The translations under genes and the position numbers were made by a program. From NCBI GenBank assembly GCA_964019425.1, contig OZ025800.1:806001-870000 (forward strand): a DNA stretch of 64,000 nucleotides, read 5' to 3'. Positions 1 through 12,096 of this stretch are shown piece after piece. Positions within the stretch are counted from its first letter, which is position 1. Each line of letters starts with the position of its first letter. The notes beneath the pieces are model-generated. The model was not told the DNA's origin. It did no database searches and saw nothing but the letters and a program-made list of their open reading frames with translations. The stretch comes from Flectonema sp. DT1601 (lineage: Eukaryota).

Positions 1-621
1 CGGGCAGTACTGCGCTCTTGATAATTCAAAGTAGCCTTTAAAAAAACTGCATGAGTTAGATACCCTGATAACCCGATCAGAAACAGGAGTGACGCTTGCG
101 ACCAGGCTGTCTGTAACTCGCAGGTATCTTGACCTTGAAATTCGGTTGGAACGACGTGTAAGAGGACAAGCCCTGTACACATATTATGAGTTTTTTGTGG
201 TGCTGAAGGTTTTTTCAAACTTTATGTGGAATTAGGGGTTTTCCTAAAAAAAAGAAAAGAAAAGAAAAAAAAAAATAACAGAAAAGGTTCTGTTGATCGC
301 CAAGCATTGTTGCGGTCAGAATTCAAATCCTTTTATGAAAAATAACAAACAACTTCTTATTAGTTATAAGAAAAATGGAAGATAGAATTGAATTTAAGTA
401 GAAATACGGATAAGTGTTATCAATCTCTCTTAGTTTTTTTTAACGGAAGAAAAAAAAAAAAAAAGAAAAGAAAAAAAAAGGAGAAAACAGAAAAAAAATT
501 CTTTCTTTTCATAGTTTGATCATAGACTCCCCAAAGGGAAATATGATCTACCTCAGACCGACAACTACTCCATATGTTTACCTTACTAGGTGTTTAAAAA
601 ATCACTTGCCATGATACAACC

Positions 622-1644
622 CTAAATAGGCCTCATGTCTTGGTTGATTTGTTTCTGAAGGTGGACATCTGGAGAATGAGATTTGATACCAAGACGTTGT
701 CGTACAACGTAACCAACATTACTATTCACAGAAGGGTTTGCTTTGAAATAGTGATAAAGCATAAATCCTGAAAGAGATATTAAGAATCCAATTACCTCAG
801 CAGGAGGAACAACTTCCTTGTACCTAATAATTCCTACAAAGATTAGAGCAACATTACGTACCATTCCGAGAACTTTCAAAGTCAACGAAGACGTTACTTT
901 TACTACTTGAAAAGTTAATAAGTTAATAGCAAGCCCCAGAAGAGCAGCAGCTAAGAACATGTATGGGTGATTAAGTATGGTAAGATGATCACCTTTTTGA
1001 AGAAGAGTTTTCCACTCTGAAGCTGCCGCAGCAATCATTAAAAACAACACCCCAGGAGGTGCTAATACATACTGTCCTTCAATAACAGAAAGACTCTTAT
1101 TTTGAAGAAGGTATTGGGTAAGTACTAAATTAATTGCTTCAGTCGTACTGGCTCCAGCGAATAACAGCAGTCCCTTAACATTAGTACTGGGGTCAGCTCC
1201 AGAGGTTAGTACTGTTCCTGCGCATATTAACATAACACTTAAGATTGTTCCTCCCTTTGGGTTTTCAACTTTTAGAACCGCTCCAGTCACCAGTACTACT
1301 ACAGGTGAGAATGCTTTCAACATTTGAATAAATCCCAAGTTCAATTCCATGTAAGCAGCATTTCCGAACGTCAATGTCGCAGCTTTGCATATTCCAACTG
1401 GTAAACAAGTTTTCAACCAAACTGATTTTGTTAATAATTCTTTTGTCTCTTCTCTCATAGGTGTGATACCGCTTCGGATCAGTCCCCATGAGGTTAGACT
1501 TGCCGCTACCATTCCTAATGCACTTAAGGTAATTGGATAACCAAAGCCCATCTCTTGCATGATATGCTTGTTTAGAATTATCAAGGACGGTCCTGTCAAA
1601 AGATAGACCGTGCAGAGTACCAGTTGTGAGGTCACGATGTTCAT
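622..1644 (-). CDS. Triose-phosphate/nucleotide-sugar transporter family protein (DMT superfamily), 340 aa
   Basis: About 10 hydrophobic helices; family-typical motifs LIILNKHIM..GFGYPITL, FIQMLKAFSP and VTSSLTLKVLG. Confidence 0.9.
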   Translation of the reverse strand: MNIVTSQLVLCTVYLLTGPSLIILNKHIMQEMGFGYPITLSALGMVAASLTSWGLIRSGITPMREETKELLTKSVWLKTCLPVGICKAATLTFGNAAYMELNLGFIQMLKAFSPVVVLVTGAVLKVENPKGGTILSVMLICAGTVLTSGADPSTNVKGLLLFAGASTTEAINLVLTQYLLQNKSLSVIEGQYVLAPPGVLFLMIAAAASEWKTLLQKGDHLTILNHPYMFLAAALLGLAINLLTFQVVKVTSSLTLKVLGMVRNVALIFVGIIRYKEVVPPAEVIGFLISLSGFMLYHYFKANPSVNSNVGYVVRQRLGIKSHSPDVHLQKQINQDMRPI

Positions 1645-1913
1645 TTTATAGTATGTGACCCTTTATATTAAGATAAGTAAATCTCACCAACGTCAACAAC
1701 AACAACTTATCTCGAAAAAACATAATTAAACCTGATTGGTAATAATAATAATTATTATAATAATAAAGACAATTTTTAACCTTTTTTTTTTGGTCACAAT
1801 TAATATAATTTCTAGGGATAGTTTTTTTTTTTTTGAGCGTTCTCAGACACGCTTAAATTGTTGCACAAGTCTCTTTTAGAATAAATAACACCTCCTAAGG
1901 AGATGTCGTAATT

Positions 1914-2543
1914 TTACCGACGAAGCCTGTCGCTCACAACCTTTACCAGGTCTTCGAGATTGCCAGCATGCTCGATTGCTGATAAGGCCATTATCTCTGC
2001 CTTGTCTTTTGCAAATGAAAGCATTTCATCATAACCTTCAAGCTTACCTCCGACTTTATAGTATGAATGAAGACCGTAAGCCACAGCTATTGATATCGTG
2101 CAAGAAATTAAAGATGGTTGGCTAACTAATCTATAAAGTATAAATGACATAATTAATATCTGACATGGAACGATGTAAGGATTTGGGAAGAAGTTAGCGG
2201 CGAAGAATAAAGCCCAGCTAGAAACTATTGGAAACCATGAAAATACTAAAAAGAGAGACAGAACACCAAATATTGAAAAGATCAAAGCAGGACTGGCGAT
2301 TTGAAGTCCTGAGGCTTCACATCTACAAACATTGAAGTTTGGTACGTATCCAACTCTCTCAGTTGAACAAGCAGTACAATCCCCCTTGCATCTATCTGTT
2401 ACGCACCATCCTCCTTTGCATGTGTATCCATTTCTTTCATAATTACCACACTTCGGGTAGTCTGCGATCCATGCTTCATAGCAAGTCGGGGTTTCACTCA
2501 TACATCCCAAGATTAGACATAATATAAATATAAACCGAAGCAT
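1914..2543 (-). CDS. Hypothetical membrane protein: signal peptide, Cys-rich ectodomain, several TM helices
   Basis: ATG at 2543 opens MLRFIFILCLILG (signal-like), then a Cys-rich stretch (CYE..CGN..CKGGWC..CKGDCTAC..CRC) and hydrophobic segments. Confidence 0.7.
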   Translation of the reverse strand: MLRFIFILCLILGCMSETPTCYEAWIADYPKCGNYERNGYTCKGGWCVTDRCKGDCTACSTERVGYVPNFNVCRCEASGLQIASPALIFSIFGVLSLFLVFSWFPIVSSWALFFAANFFPNPYIVPCQILIMSFILYRLVSQPSLISCTISIAVAYGLHSYYKVGGKLEGYDEMLSFAKDKAEIMALSAIEHAGNLEDLVKVVSDRLRR

Positions 2544-2781
2544 TAAATAAAACTCTCTGGGATTGAAGAAAAGGTATTGTAACAACAACATCTCTGATGA
2601 ATATCATTCGTATGTAAGTAAACAGTTAATCCATCGTGACAGACGCTTGCTGGAAGGGGAAGTAGTTTTATTGAAATTCAAAAAGATTATACTATTTATT
2701 AAAAAAAAGAACAAGAATTTCAAATACAATACAAGGGGAAAAATATTACCCGCAGTAATCTTTTTATAAGCAGTGCTGCTG

Positions 2782-3759
2782 CTAATACATAGTGTAGACT
2801 TGTTGTGGTGAAAATGGCCCAGTTGGAAGTGGACCGAATGTGTGTACAGGACTGACAACTTTTCTGTTTATCGATTGGTAAATCGTGTCTCGAGACCTCA
2901 CTTGAAGTTCCTTTGACGGCATTGAAAGTTCTGCTTCCGCAGCAGCAAATTTTGCTTCCAGTTCCCGACGAGTTATGTTTTCAAGACGTTGAGCGTCACG
3001 GATATAAATAGTTTGAATATATTGGTTCCATTCTGAATCAGATCTTCTTTTTCTAGCTTCCTCAGACAATTCTTGTTTATATTCATTTGACATCTTAAGG
3101 TTCTTCAGTGCGTCTATTTTACGTTGTCGTCTTCGGATACGTCGAATTCGCTGCTCAACAGCTTCAATGATATTTCTCATGATTGGGTTTATGACTGCTG
3201 TCAGGTCTGACCAGGAGTCGTCTTCGAGCTCCTCAAGTTCTCGTCGTTTAATTATTTCATCTTCACATAATTCTAGGACATCTCTGATTAGTATGTTGTT
3301 TGACTCTCGTAATCTGTCAGAGGTTTTGACTATCATTCGTTCTTGGTCTCTTCTCATCTTCTTTGCTAGTCCCGCCATGAAGACAGACATTTCTACTTCT
3401 ACTCCACAACGATCAACTGATTCTAAATCGTTAATATCCCAAATAGTAGTTTCATTATCTCCGACAGCTGTTGGAGGTGTCGGTGGAGGAGGAAGTACAC
3501 CATTCTCGTTAGGGGATAAATCTGATGGAGGGTTTACTTCACTAGTTGTGAGGATCGATTCATTTAATTCGCTCTGCGGTGCAACTTCTTCATCTTTCGG
3601 ATTGTTGTCAACTTTAGATGAGATGAACGTCGCTGATGATACCGCTGAGACTGATTCTGCTCCCGGTAACTCACCCTCTCCTAGGTCAACTCCACCAACA
3701 TATGTGGATGACGATGATGACGAGGATGACGATGACGATGACGTAAGTTTGTCACTCAT
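2782..3759 (-). CDS. Hypothetical protein: Ser/Pro-rich N-terminus, charged coiled-coil C-terminal half
   Basis: 325-aa ATG-initiated ORF on the coding strand; no family recognised. Confidence 0.7.
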   Translation of the reverse strand: MSDKLTSSSSSSSSSSSSTYVGGVDLGEGELPGAESVSAVSSATFISSKVDNNPKDEEVAPQSELNESILTTSEVNPPSDLSPNENGVLPPPPTPPTAVGDNETTIWDINDLESVDRCGVEVEMSVFMAGLAKKMRRDQERMIVKTSDRLRESNNILIRDVLELCEDEIIKRRELEELEDDSWSDLTAVINPIMRNIIEAVEQRIRRIRRRQRKIDALKNLKMSNEYKQELSEEARKRRSDSEWNQYIQTIYIRDAQRLENITRRELEAKFAAAEAELSMPSKELQVRSRDTIYQSINRKVVSPVHTFGPLPTGPFSPQQVYTMY

Positions 3760-4726
3760 ATTGTTGCTATAAATCTATAAAGGAAGCATACTTGTGAAGG
3801 ACCACATCACTCTTTCGTATTTATTATGTTGCAACTCAAATCGCTACAACATTTCAAGGAGAATTTTTTTGAAACCAAAAGAGGGCAGCAGGGGGTTGTG
3901 AAAGCTTTCGATCGAAGAAAATTTTCGGTTTTTTTTTTTTTTTGCAAATAGTCTCCCTGCTTAAAACACCACTAGAAAATCTATAAAAAAATTATGGAGA
4001 AGGGGAAAAAAAAAAATAACTGCTACATCACAAATAAACATAAACAAGTACTATAACAATCAAAAAGCAGTGAGTGACCAGAGGAGAATAAGTCTTTTTT
4101 TTTGTTTTTTTTTTTTTACTCATAACAACAGAACGGACTACGTACACCTGAAAACGTGTAAGAATATCCGCAGCGCTGATGAGAGAGAATTTTAATAAAG
4201 CGTATAAAAGAAAAAAAGAGGGGAAAAAAAACATTGATGAAAAAAAATAAATTGCCAGTTTCAGGCTGAGGTAGTACCGCTGTACTACGCAACACTAAGC
4301 TATGCAAGCCACGAAATGAAGACACCCGACGGATGTACGTTGCAAAGTAATTTAATTTTTCAACGTAAAAAAAATAAAAACATATAAATCGTACTGTAAG
4401 CAACTATCAGTTCTTCTGGTTTTCCACACAAAAACTGAATTGTGAAAACAGTCTGAGTGCCATAGGCATATTGAAACTTTCACAATGAGGTTTTCAAAAA
4501 AAAAAAAAAAAATGAATAAAATAGAATAAGCCCATCATATTATTCCTACAGGTTTAGATGACTTCAAACATATTTTTTTCATATAATCCAACAGATTGTC
4601 ACCTTCTTAGAAACTACAGTAGACTAACTGTTAGTTATCCAAGCGCAAAACTATTTTAAAAAAAAAAAGCGAGTGAGACATGGCCAACTAAATAAATAAA
4701 AATGATAATCGAAACCAGACAGATAA

Positions 4727-7700
4727 TTAGGCTTTACGTGGATGGAATTTTAAGGTATCCTTGACGTATGCTCTCCTCTCCACGTAATGACATAATGACT
4801 GATCGACCTGGCAAACAAGATTTCTGGATTCTATATTTTTAGCAAAATTGTGAGCTGGGGTATCATCACGAGAAGAAACCAGAGTTCGGAAGTTTCCAAC
4901 AACAGTCAGTTGGTAACGTGCTCGAGTTAGCGCCACATTAAGTCGACGAGCATTTAGAAAACCAACATTACCACCATTGTTAGCTCTAACACAGGATAAA
5001 ATAATCATATCAAACTCACCACCCTGAAACCCATCAACAGTTTTAACCGTTGCCTGGAGCTTTAGTTTTTTGCATTCTTCCTGAATTAGAGTTACTTGGT
5101 CTTGGTAAAATGAGATTACTCCAATTGAAAATTGAGTACTTTGGGTTACTCTGTGACTCTCTATGAGAGAAAGAATCAGCCCAGCTTCTTCGTAGTTTAC
5201 AAAAGACTTCGAGAGTTCACTAACATATTCCTCTTTTCCACAAGAAACATCATAAAACAGACACGGCGTTTGAAAATATTCATCTCTTTGGTTTACACTA
5301 TCCGCAGTAGTAATTTTGTGGTCTTGGTAGAATTCGTTTCTGGGAAACGAAAGGATTTCTTCGTGCATTCTATATTGGATTTGTAACTTACAAGTACTAT
5401 GACCAGCCTCTATTAATCGGTCCATAGAAGAATTAAGTGGATCATGGAGTGTTGTAGGACCTAATTGTTTAACATCACCAACGATAATTAATTTTTGGGG
5501 AAGAAGCGCAAAAGGGATCATGAGTTCTGGTTCGTGAGCCTGAGCAGCTTCGTCGACAATCAACCACGTGACTTGATTCTGCAAGGCATCCTTTAACATC
5601 GCCCTACCACTGGATACTAATGTGACAAAGATGATGTCTGCCTTCTCAACAATCTCTTTTTCTAAGTTAATTTCATAAAAGGTAACTAAACAAGTAGCAC
5701 ACTCCATCCTATGCTTGTCAAGCAACTCAAGGTTAAGACCTGATTCCGATAGAGTCTCAGGCATATCTGGTAGTTGAATGGTCGGAGATAAGACTATAAG
5801 CTTGTTCTTGTGGTCTTCATACTCGCATATGATATTATTTACAATTATTACGCAGGAAACGAAGTCATTTCCAATAACGTTCTTCATCGAACGCAAGGTG
5901 TCGTGCGAACTACGACACCAACGTATGGCACTGCGAACGGTGAAATCGAGAGACATTGATTGTAAGTCAGCGGGTACCTTGTCACTAACACCAACAAGAA
6001 TTGCGTTCATAGATTTATTGGAGTGAGCCATAGAACTAATAACGCTTCGGGCAAGAACTTGGACAGCAATGTTGGAAGGTGCTGACATGACTATTTTTGA
6101 GAAATCTCCAAAATCTAGCTTATCAACGAGTCCTGAAAGAGTACGTGTTTTACCAGTACCTGGAGGACCCTCGATGATTGTAAGCGGTGACTCTGACATC
6201 ACTGCATCTCTGACTGCTTTAGCCTGACTGTCATCTAATCCACTCGGTGGATGAAACTCATCAGGTGTCGCATGTGGTAATCCCAAATCATCTTCATCTA
6301 CGGCTTCAGGGTAAAATGAATTTAAAAAACCAGGTTGAATAGTCGTGTCACAGGCTTCATACATTTTAATTAGTGGTAATAAACATTCGTGAATTGTTAA
6401 ATTAGAAGGAGTTGATTTAAATATCCGTTCGTCTACCTCTGAAAAGCTAGTTCGGCATAACTCCAATTTAATTAACTGATCATCACTGTTAGTGTCTTTG
6501 TATTCGGAAGGAGAAGCAACTAAGGAAGCGATTGCTAGGTACGAATCATTCGTTTGGAATCCTAAATTCACCACAGAAACCAAAACATTGATAAAACCGA
6601 AATCTAATTTCGGAAGAGTTCCAAACATGAAATAGTCGTCCTCGTCAAATCGAATAAACTTTGCTTTGAAAGTCTTCTTCTCTTTAGCACTTGCTGTTTT
6701 TTCTATGCAAAGTCGTTCAATATTTTCTTTCCAAGAACTGCAAAACTCGTCATAGGGAATGTTATGGGGAGGGTTTTCCGCATATATACGGCTTCTCTCT
6801 TCAACATACTCAGGCGTCCAATCCCTGACACGAGAGAGGAAGTTACCAGCAGGCCTCTTCGTATTTAATTTGAAGCCTCTGCCAGGTAGAACGGCTATTT
6901 CCTTCAACTTCGCAAGAGCAATCGTTCCTCCCTTCTTCGTTCGTTTTTTTGAATCAGCAGAAGATGAGGCGTTCTCTATCAGTTCCAACGCCGTGTTAAT
7001 AATATCAGCCTCATCCTTCTTTAGGTATTCTAGGAAGTGCTTTAACCTTTGAGGATCTAATACATCTTTTATCTGACGTAATCTATTACTTATCATAACA
7101 GATGGTCTCTTGCCGTCAAGCATGTTTTCGAAGAGCAGCTGTTCCAGTGTGCTACCAGTTGGCTTTTGTGCAATAGCTGTCGCATAGGACATAGCAACCT
7201 TGTAGTCTGGATGACCAATCTTTTCAAGTACTAACGCGTAACAAATTTTACATTGAGATTTCTCCAAGTAAACGTAATCACTAGGATATTGACGAGTACA
7301 ACTGACGCATGTCAGCAAGGAACACATATCATCAAAAGGATATATGATACCAAAAGGAAGGTACGGATTCTGTAGGAAAACTCCACTTACAACCTCATCT
7401 TTTTCAATACAGATTTTTGAATTTGCATATAACGCTGATGACTTAAGAAGTCCTGAGCGGATGTCCTCACAGTCGGCTTTTGATTTCAGGGAAAAGAGAC
7501 CCTCAACGTCGATTTTTGCATATCGTAGGCAATCATCACTCAGGGGACGGTCCATCCAAAACTTAGTATCACCAGACTTCATAATCGAAGATAATTTATC
7601 TTTATCAGTCGTGTCTACGGTGTTGTTCTTTAAGAAGGAACTGAGACCACAAAGTCGGTATGGTGTTTTTTCTTCAGATTTCTGCATTGCTCCCAACAAC

Positions 7701-8065
7701 TGAAAATCTAAAATCCCAGCAACCACAATACCATAATGAGAGTGAAGGGAATCGCAATCTGTTGGACATCCGAACATTATTTTAATGATGTCTTCGTTCT
7801 CAAGAATAGGCTTGAATTCATTCATAAATACAACGTCTTCCTTATTCTTTTTCAATTCAACAACATCGATGATGGCAGTGAAATTATCAGCACAAACCTG
7901 AATAAGACATATGCTACCAATATCACTGTCTAATCGCTTCCTTCCTAGGCTGTAACCTTCTAAATCCATCGCTACTTCACCAGCCTTTTTCATTAAAGTA
8001 ATCACCCTTCTTGCTTCTAATAGAGTTCTACAATATGAATCTTCAACAGCTTCATTGTTTTTCAT
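4727..8065 (-). CDS. DEDDy 3'-5' exonuclease (EXD1/Egalitarian-like) fused to UPF1/SEN1-like SF1 helicase, 1112 aa
   Basis: Exonuclease motifs VAMDLEG, LIQV, PTDCDSL, WMDRPL..YAKIDV; a CxxC..CxxC pair; helicase motifs [43 protein letters not shown]. Confidence 0.9.
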   Translation of the reverse strand: MKNNEAVEDSYCRTLLEARRVITLMKKAGEVAMDLEGYSLGRKRLDSDIGSICLIQVCADNFTAIIDVVELKKNKEDVVFMNEFKPILENEDIIKIMFGCPTDCDSLHSHYGIVVAGILDFQLLGAMQKSEEKTPYRLCGLSSFLKNNTVDTTDKDKLSSIMKSGDTKFWMDRPLSDDCLRYAKIDVEGLFSLKSKADCEDIRSGLLKSSALYANSKICIEKDEVVSGVFLQNPYLPFGIIYPFDDMCSLLTCVSCTRQYPSDYVYLEKSQCKICYALVLEKIGHPDYKVAMSYATAIAQKPTGSTLEQLLFENMLDGKRPSVMISNRLRQIKDVLDPQRLKHFLEYLKKDEADIINTALELIENASSSADSKKRTKKGGTIALAKLKEIAVLPGRGFKLNTKRPAGNFLSRVRDWTPEYVEERSRIYAENPPHNIPYDEFCSSWKENIERLCIEKTASAKEKKTFKAKFIRFDEDDYFMFGTLPKLDFGFINVLVSVVNLGFQTNDSYLAIASLVASPSEYKDTNSDDQLIKLELCRTSFSEVDERIFKSTPSNLTIHECLLPLIKMYEACDTTIQPGFLNSFYPEAVDEDDLGLPHATPDEFHPPSGLDDSQAKAVRDAVMSESPLTIIEGPPGTGKTRTLSGLVDKLDFGDFSKIVMSAPSNIAVQVLARSVISSMAHSNKSMNAILVGVSDKVPADLQSMSLDFTVRSAIRWCRSSHDTLRSMKNVIGNDFVSCVIIVNNIICEYEDHKNKLIVLSPTIQLPDMPETLSESGLNLELLDKHRMECATCLVTFYEINLEKEIVEKADIIFVTLVSSGRAMLKDALQNQVTWLIVDEAAQAHEPELMIPFALLPQKLIIVGDVKQLGPTTLHDPLNSSMDRLIEAGHSTCKLQIQYRMHEEILSFPRNEFYQDHKITTADSVNQRDEYFQTPCLFYDVSCGKEEYVSELSKSFVNYEEAGLILSLIESHRVTQSTQFSIGVISFYQDQVTLIQEECKKLKLQATVKTVDGFQGGEFDMIILSCVRANNGGNVGFLNARRLNVALTRARYQLTVVGNFRTLVSSRDDTPAHNFAKNIESRNLVCQVDQSLCHYVERRAYVKDTLKFHPRKA

Positions 8066-8918
8066 TTTAATTGAATAGTTTAGTAGTTATGTCTGACAGG
8101 GGTGATTATGTTGGCATTTACTCTTTATAGAATGTTATCTCTAAGGTCAGTTCGTCAGCAGGTAGTTTTAATTTCATTGTTTAAAATCTATTCAGAAATT
8201 TAAGGGAAAACGAACGATTACTAATTGTAGAAACAGATGCTTTGTTTCTGTAACAGAAAAAAACGATTTGGAACAATCATATTTGGCTAACGGTTCGGTA
8301 TGGGGCCCGCGATTTGTTATGTGTGTGGCTCGGTTTCTTTTTTTTTGTGTTCATCCTTCTTCACAATCGTAGGCAATTCACAGGTGACTCTTCCTTCCTT
8401 TTCTAAAAGGAAATTACGACAAGACTTCAATAAGCACCCAGCACTAAGATTCGACAAGAAAGACAAATACCACTTCAGGTTTCAATTCGTTCTTCTTTTT
8501 TTTCTCTTTTTTCTTTTTTTATTCTAGATTTTCTTTTTTTTTTTTTTTTTTTTTTTTGTTCACCAGCGCATCTTTCGCTTATCGCAAGACAAGTTGTAAC
8601 TCAAGACCCCCGTGAGGCATATTTAATAGGAGAAAGCCTGGATGAGGCAGAGCTCAAGACCTGCGGTGACAAGAGCGCCAAGCGTGTGTGGACAACAATT
8701 CGTTTGGAAGGGAAAGGGAAAAAAAACACCAAAGATTCAGGTACGGGAGGAAGATAAGGACTTGACACAAACTTCTTTTGAGGGAAGCTAAACCAAAAGA
8801 CAAACAAACAAAGCAAAAGATATGGGGACATGAAAAAGAGAAGGGTAGATTCGTTGCTCCTTACAGAGCCAAAAAAAAGGACGAGAACCAGTTGCACACC
8901 AACAAATTTACAGCGCAA

Positions 8919-9869
8919 TTACTTCTTTGCAGGTTCCACTTTAGGTCTCTTTGTAGCACTGCTAGTTCTGGCCGGCACACCCTCATCAGCCTGTGTGATT
9001 TATTTTATGTTTGGTTTTTAGAATTCGTCTATTCCTGTGCATCACCAGAGTTGATTACCCACAAGAGTTTATAATGAAGTGTGCTGTTTGCTAACAACAA
9101 TGGATGGGGTTAAGTACAAGAACAAAAAGAGAGAATAAAATACCTTTCTTTTGTCGTCATCATCCGTCTTCTTACGAACGACGATTCCAGCGGCGTGCAT
9201 TTGCGCTTCCCTCATGGCGTCCTCCTTTGCCTGAAGGTCGCGAATTGCCTTGGCACGCGCGTCGTTGATTTTCTTCTGCTGGTTTGCTTTAGCGATGTCA
9301 GAAGATAAGGCCTTCTGTGATTCTACTTCGAGTCTGAGTGATACAATACTTTGGTTAAGGATGGCACGTTCGGCCTCAAACGCTTTCTCCTGAGCTTGCA
9401 TAGCCGCAAACTTTTCAGCGAATTCGACCTCCTTGAAACGAACCTTTTCGGCAACTTTTTCAGCGACCTCGTGATCGACTTCAGATTTTGTCTTACCCTT
9501 GTCTTGTTCTGCCTTATTCTCTAATGCTCTCAGAGCGTTCAGCTCAAAGCTGTCAATTACTTGTTTGTTGTATTTTTGAAGCGCCGCCTTGACAGCTTGT
9601 AACTCAAAATCAGCAATATCTTTCTCAACCTTTCCGTGTCGCTCGTCGTAGTCTTTTTTTGCGTCTTCTACTGCTATGCTCATGACGTCAGTCTTTGACT
9701 TCAATCCTTTTAGGTCTCCTGCCATGTTAACAAGGACAGACATTTTAGCTTCGACACTATCGGTAATTGAGTGAAGATCTCTTAGTAGAGCTGTTTTCTT
9801 AGATGGAGTCTTCTTTTGTGGGGTTTTCTTTGCCTTCGTTGGCATCGCTTTGCTCCTCGCTGTTTTCAT
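8919..9869 (-). CDS. Coiled-coil protein with basic N- and C-termini, 265 aa; exons 9144-9869 and 8919-8990
   Basis: ATG at 9869 (MKTARSK) follows a U-rich AG acceptor at 9886-9888. The GTATTT..CACAG intron 8991-9143 restores a plausible end KRK|ADEGVPARTSSATKRPKVEPAKK*; spliced length 798 nt. Confidence 0.75.
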
Positions 9870-10182
9870 TTTTGGGGGGGTTTCTCTAGTCCAAGGAAGA
9901 AAAAAATAAAACAAATAACTCACTCCCAAGAACTTCTGCTTCCCGTTAGTTGAAAGTCTTAATTGTTATCACTATTAGGGAAGTGTAAATGTGTTACTGA
10001 TTACGGGTTTACATTTCTTTTTTTTTCTTTATGTACAAATATCAAAGCATATCAGACTACAGAAGTGACTGAAAGAATGCAAGACTGATGGTATCCCACA
10101 ATGAGATGAGAACACAATCACGGACGGATGAAATTAGTTGTAAAAGTTAAGAAACAAAACAATAAGTCAGCCTATTGAGTAT

Positions 10183-11682
10183 TTACAGGTCAGGGTTTTG
10201 ATGAATTATTTCAGCTGTAAGTTGGTGACCAGCACCGAAGTCGAGTACAACCAGCCAGGCAGAGACTGAGAATCCGACGCAAAAAAATGATTTTGCTGAC
10301 AGACGAAGAACAACAAAACCATCGCTTGAATAATATTGTGATATCTCACCTCCAGACATGTAGTCGCGAGAGAGGTTGTTGTCCCAACCATCAGGCCAAC
10401 CGGCGTCTTCCATTGCTCCCCTACCTAGTTTTGACCATTTTCGGTGAGCATATCCACTTACATCAGAGTGGATGATACTGTTAGTGCCATAGTTATAACC
10501 TTCTAGTAAGAATCTGTACATTATGTCAGATTTTTGTTTTATATTTGTTTTTATGTGAATGTGTACTTTAGGACCCCAGCTATTTGATCCTTTTGGTCGC
10601 TGAGAACAGAATGCAAAATCACGATAAACCTTCACGACTGAAGAATGTAGTGATGGAATGTAAAGATGAATTCTATCTCTTCCACTCATAAAGTAATGGA
10701 CGTTGATGCCGCTGTAGTCCCAACATTTAAGCAAGTCAATACAGAATGCACGTGTGTAGCTGTCTTCCAACCAACGATCCAGTTCCATATGACTTTGTGT
10801 AAGTGCTTTAGGAAAGTCATCCGACAATGGTTGTGAAAAATAAATTTCTGGAGCTACCGCCGGTTGCTGTTCTACTGCAGTAGGTTGCTTTCCCTGTCTC
10901 ATGACTACTTCATTTTCTATTTCTTCGAGTGGTTTTTGATTTGTTTCTGCTTCTATAACCAAATTATTCAATTTGTCTTTTAATATTTTGATCCTATCGG
11001 CCGCAGTCTCCCTCAACAATGACTCAACAAGCTGCCCCGCAGATCCTAAACCAGTCTCGATGTCTTCAATAATACGAACAGCATTCATCTCAGATTGATG
11101 TAGCTCAGTAGTTGTGACTTCATCACCGTCGTCTTTAATTTCAATGTCAGCCAAGGTGAGTGATTTTTGTGCTGCTCGGACGTCTTCTTTTAGTTTTTCC
11201 CGTCGTTCTGCTTTTTCCCTCTCGGCCTGCAGTTCCACCAGTTTCCTCGTTAATCTGTAGTCTTCGGGTGGTGATATCGGCGGGGCTCGTTCATAAAAAT
11301 GTGAATTATCACACTGTAATTTATGCATAATTGATAACAGTCCTCTGATGTAGTGTTTAGCATGCGGATGGTGTTCACAGAACAGGCTGTGCATTATCGC
11401 AAAAGCTACTTCTCCGCCAGCTTCGGCGTGTTCGTTTCCACTTTCTTTCATACAGATGAACAGAATCATTAGTAATTCTTCAGCATCGTCGTCTGTAATT
11501 CTGACTTTTGATGTATCTCGCCATCGTTCTTGAAACATTAAAAGATTCATATGTCTAGCAACACAACCTTTACTAAGAAGTTCCTGACAGAGGTACGGAA
11601 TAACTCTTGGGGCTGGTGTTGCCGCTGCAGCTGTTAAATTAATTCTTCCATCAGCAGTTGAGGCAGCAATTTCTGTAGCCAT
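10183..11682 (-). CDS. Hypothetical protein, about 499 aa, with central coiled coil
   Basis: Long ORF; ATG at 11682 (MATEIAAS) lies just after a poly-U CAG acceptor at 11692-11694. The upstream Phe/Leu-rich extension is translated polypyrimidine tract. Confidence 0.75.
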   Translation of the reverse strand: MATEIAASTADGRINLTAAAATPAPRVIPYLCQELLSKGCVARHMNLLMFQERWRDTSKVRITDDDAEELLMILFICMKESGNEHAEAGGEVAFAIMHSLFCEHHPHAKHYIRGLLSIMHKLQCDNSHFYERAPPISPPEDYRLTRKLVELQAEREKAERREKLKEDVRAAQKSLTLADIEIKDDGDEVTTTELHQSEMNAVRIIEDIETGLGSAGQLVESLLRETAADRIKILKDKLNNLVIEAETNQKPLEEIENEVVMRQGKQPTAVEQQPAVAPEIYFSQPLSDDFPKALTQSHMELDRWLEDSYTRAFCIDLLKCWDYSGINVHYFMSGRDRIHLYIPSLHSSVVKVYRDFAFCSQRPKGSNSWGPKVHIHIKTNIKQKSDIMYRFLLEGYNYGTNSIIHSDVSGYAHRKWSKLGRGAMEDAGWPDGWDNNLSRDYMSGGEISQYYSSDGFVVLRLSAKSFFCVGFSVSAWLVVLDFGAGHQLTAEIIHQNPDL

Positions 11683-12096
11683 AATGTACTCCTGTGGAGG
11701 AAAAAAAAGAAAACATAAAAACAACATCCAAATGAAATAGCACGTGTTGAACTCAAGAATACCAAACGAAAGCAGCCAACTAGAAAGAAGAAGAAAAAAC
11801 ATGGAAAAAAAACGTGTTTGTAAACACTACTCTTGTGTGTTAAGGAATAACGCATAAAATAACACATAGTAAGACTTAGCGTAATGAAACATTGAAAATG
11901 CTCTCTACGAGTTGTTTGCGAAAAAAAAGGATAAGATTTGAAAATAACATTTGAAAGAAAAAAAAAGGGGGAATATGCCTGTTGTGTTATTTTATAACAG
12001 AAAAAAAAAAAAAAAAAAAAAAAAAGAACAACAGAGTTAAATACGGTAACGTCATTACGTCGATAACATCAACACAGATGGTAAGATTCGATTAAT

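Noticed and set aside
1..182. 5' end of a further minus-strand gene (ATG at 182, open to the window edge)
   Set aside because: Two frames are open and neither has a recognisable motif; it cannot be supported without flanking sequence.
3167..3772. Plus-strand ORFs overlapping real genes (also 35306-35797, 50957-51337, 55210-55680 and others)
   Set aside because: Antisense shadows of low-complexity or biased coding sequence; no motifs.
8490..8757. Plus-strand exon after a poly-T tract and CAG at 8564-8566
   Set aside because: No ATG, partner exon or recognisable motif; more likely the 3' UTR/spacer of the minus-strand gene.
9069..9143. Hydrophobic C-terminal anchor VFYSLFLFLYL on the coiled-coil protein
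   Set aside because: Better explained as read-through into a U-rich intron.
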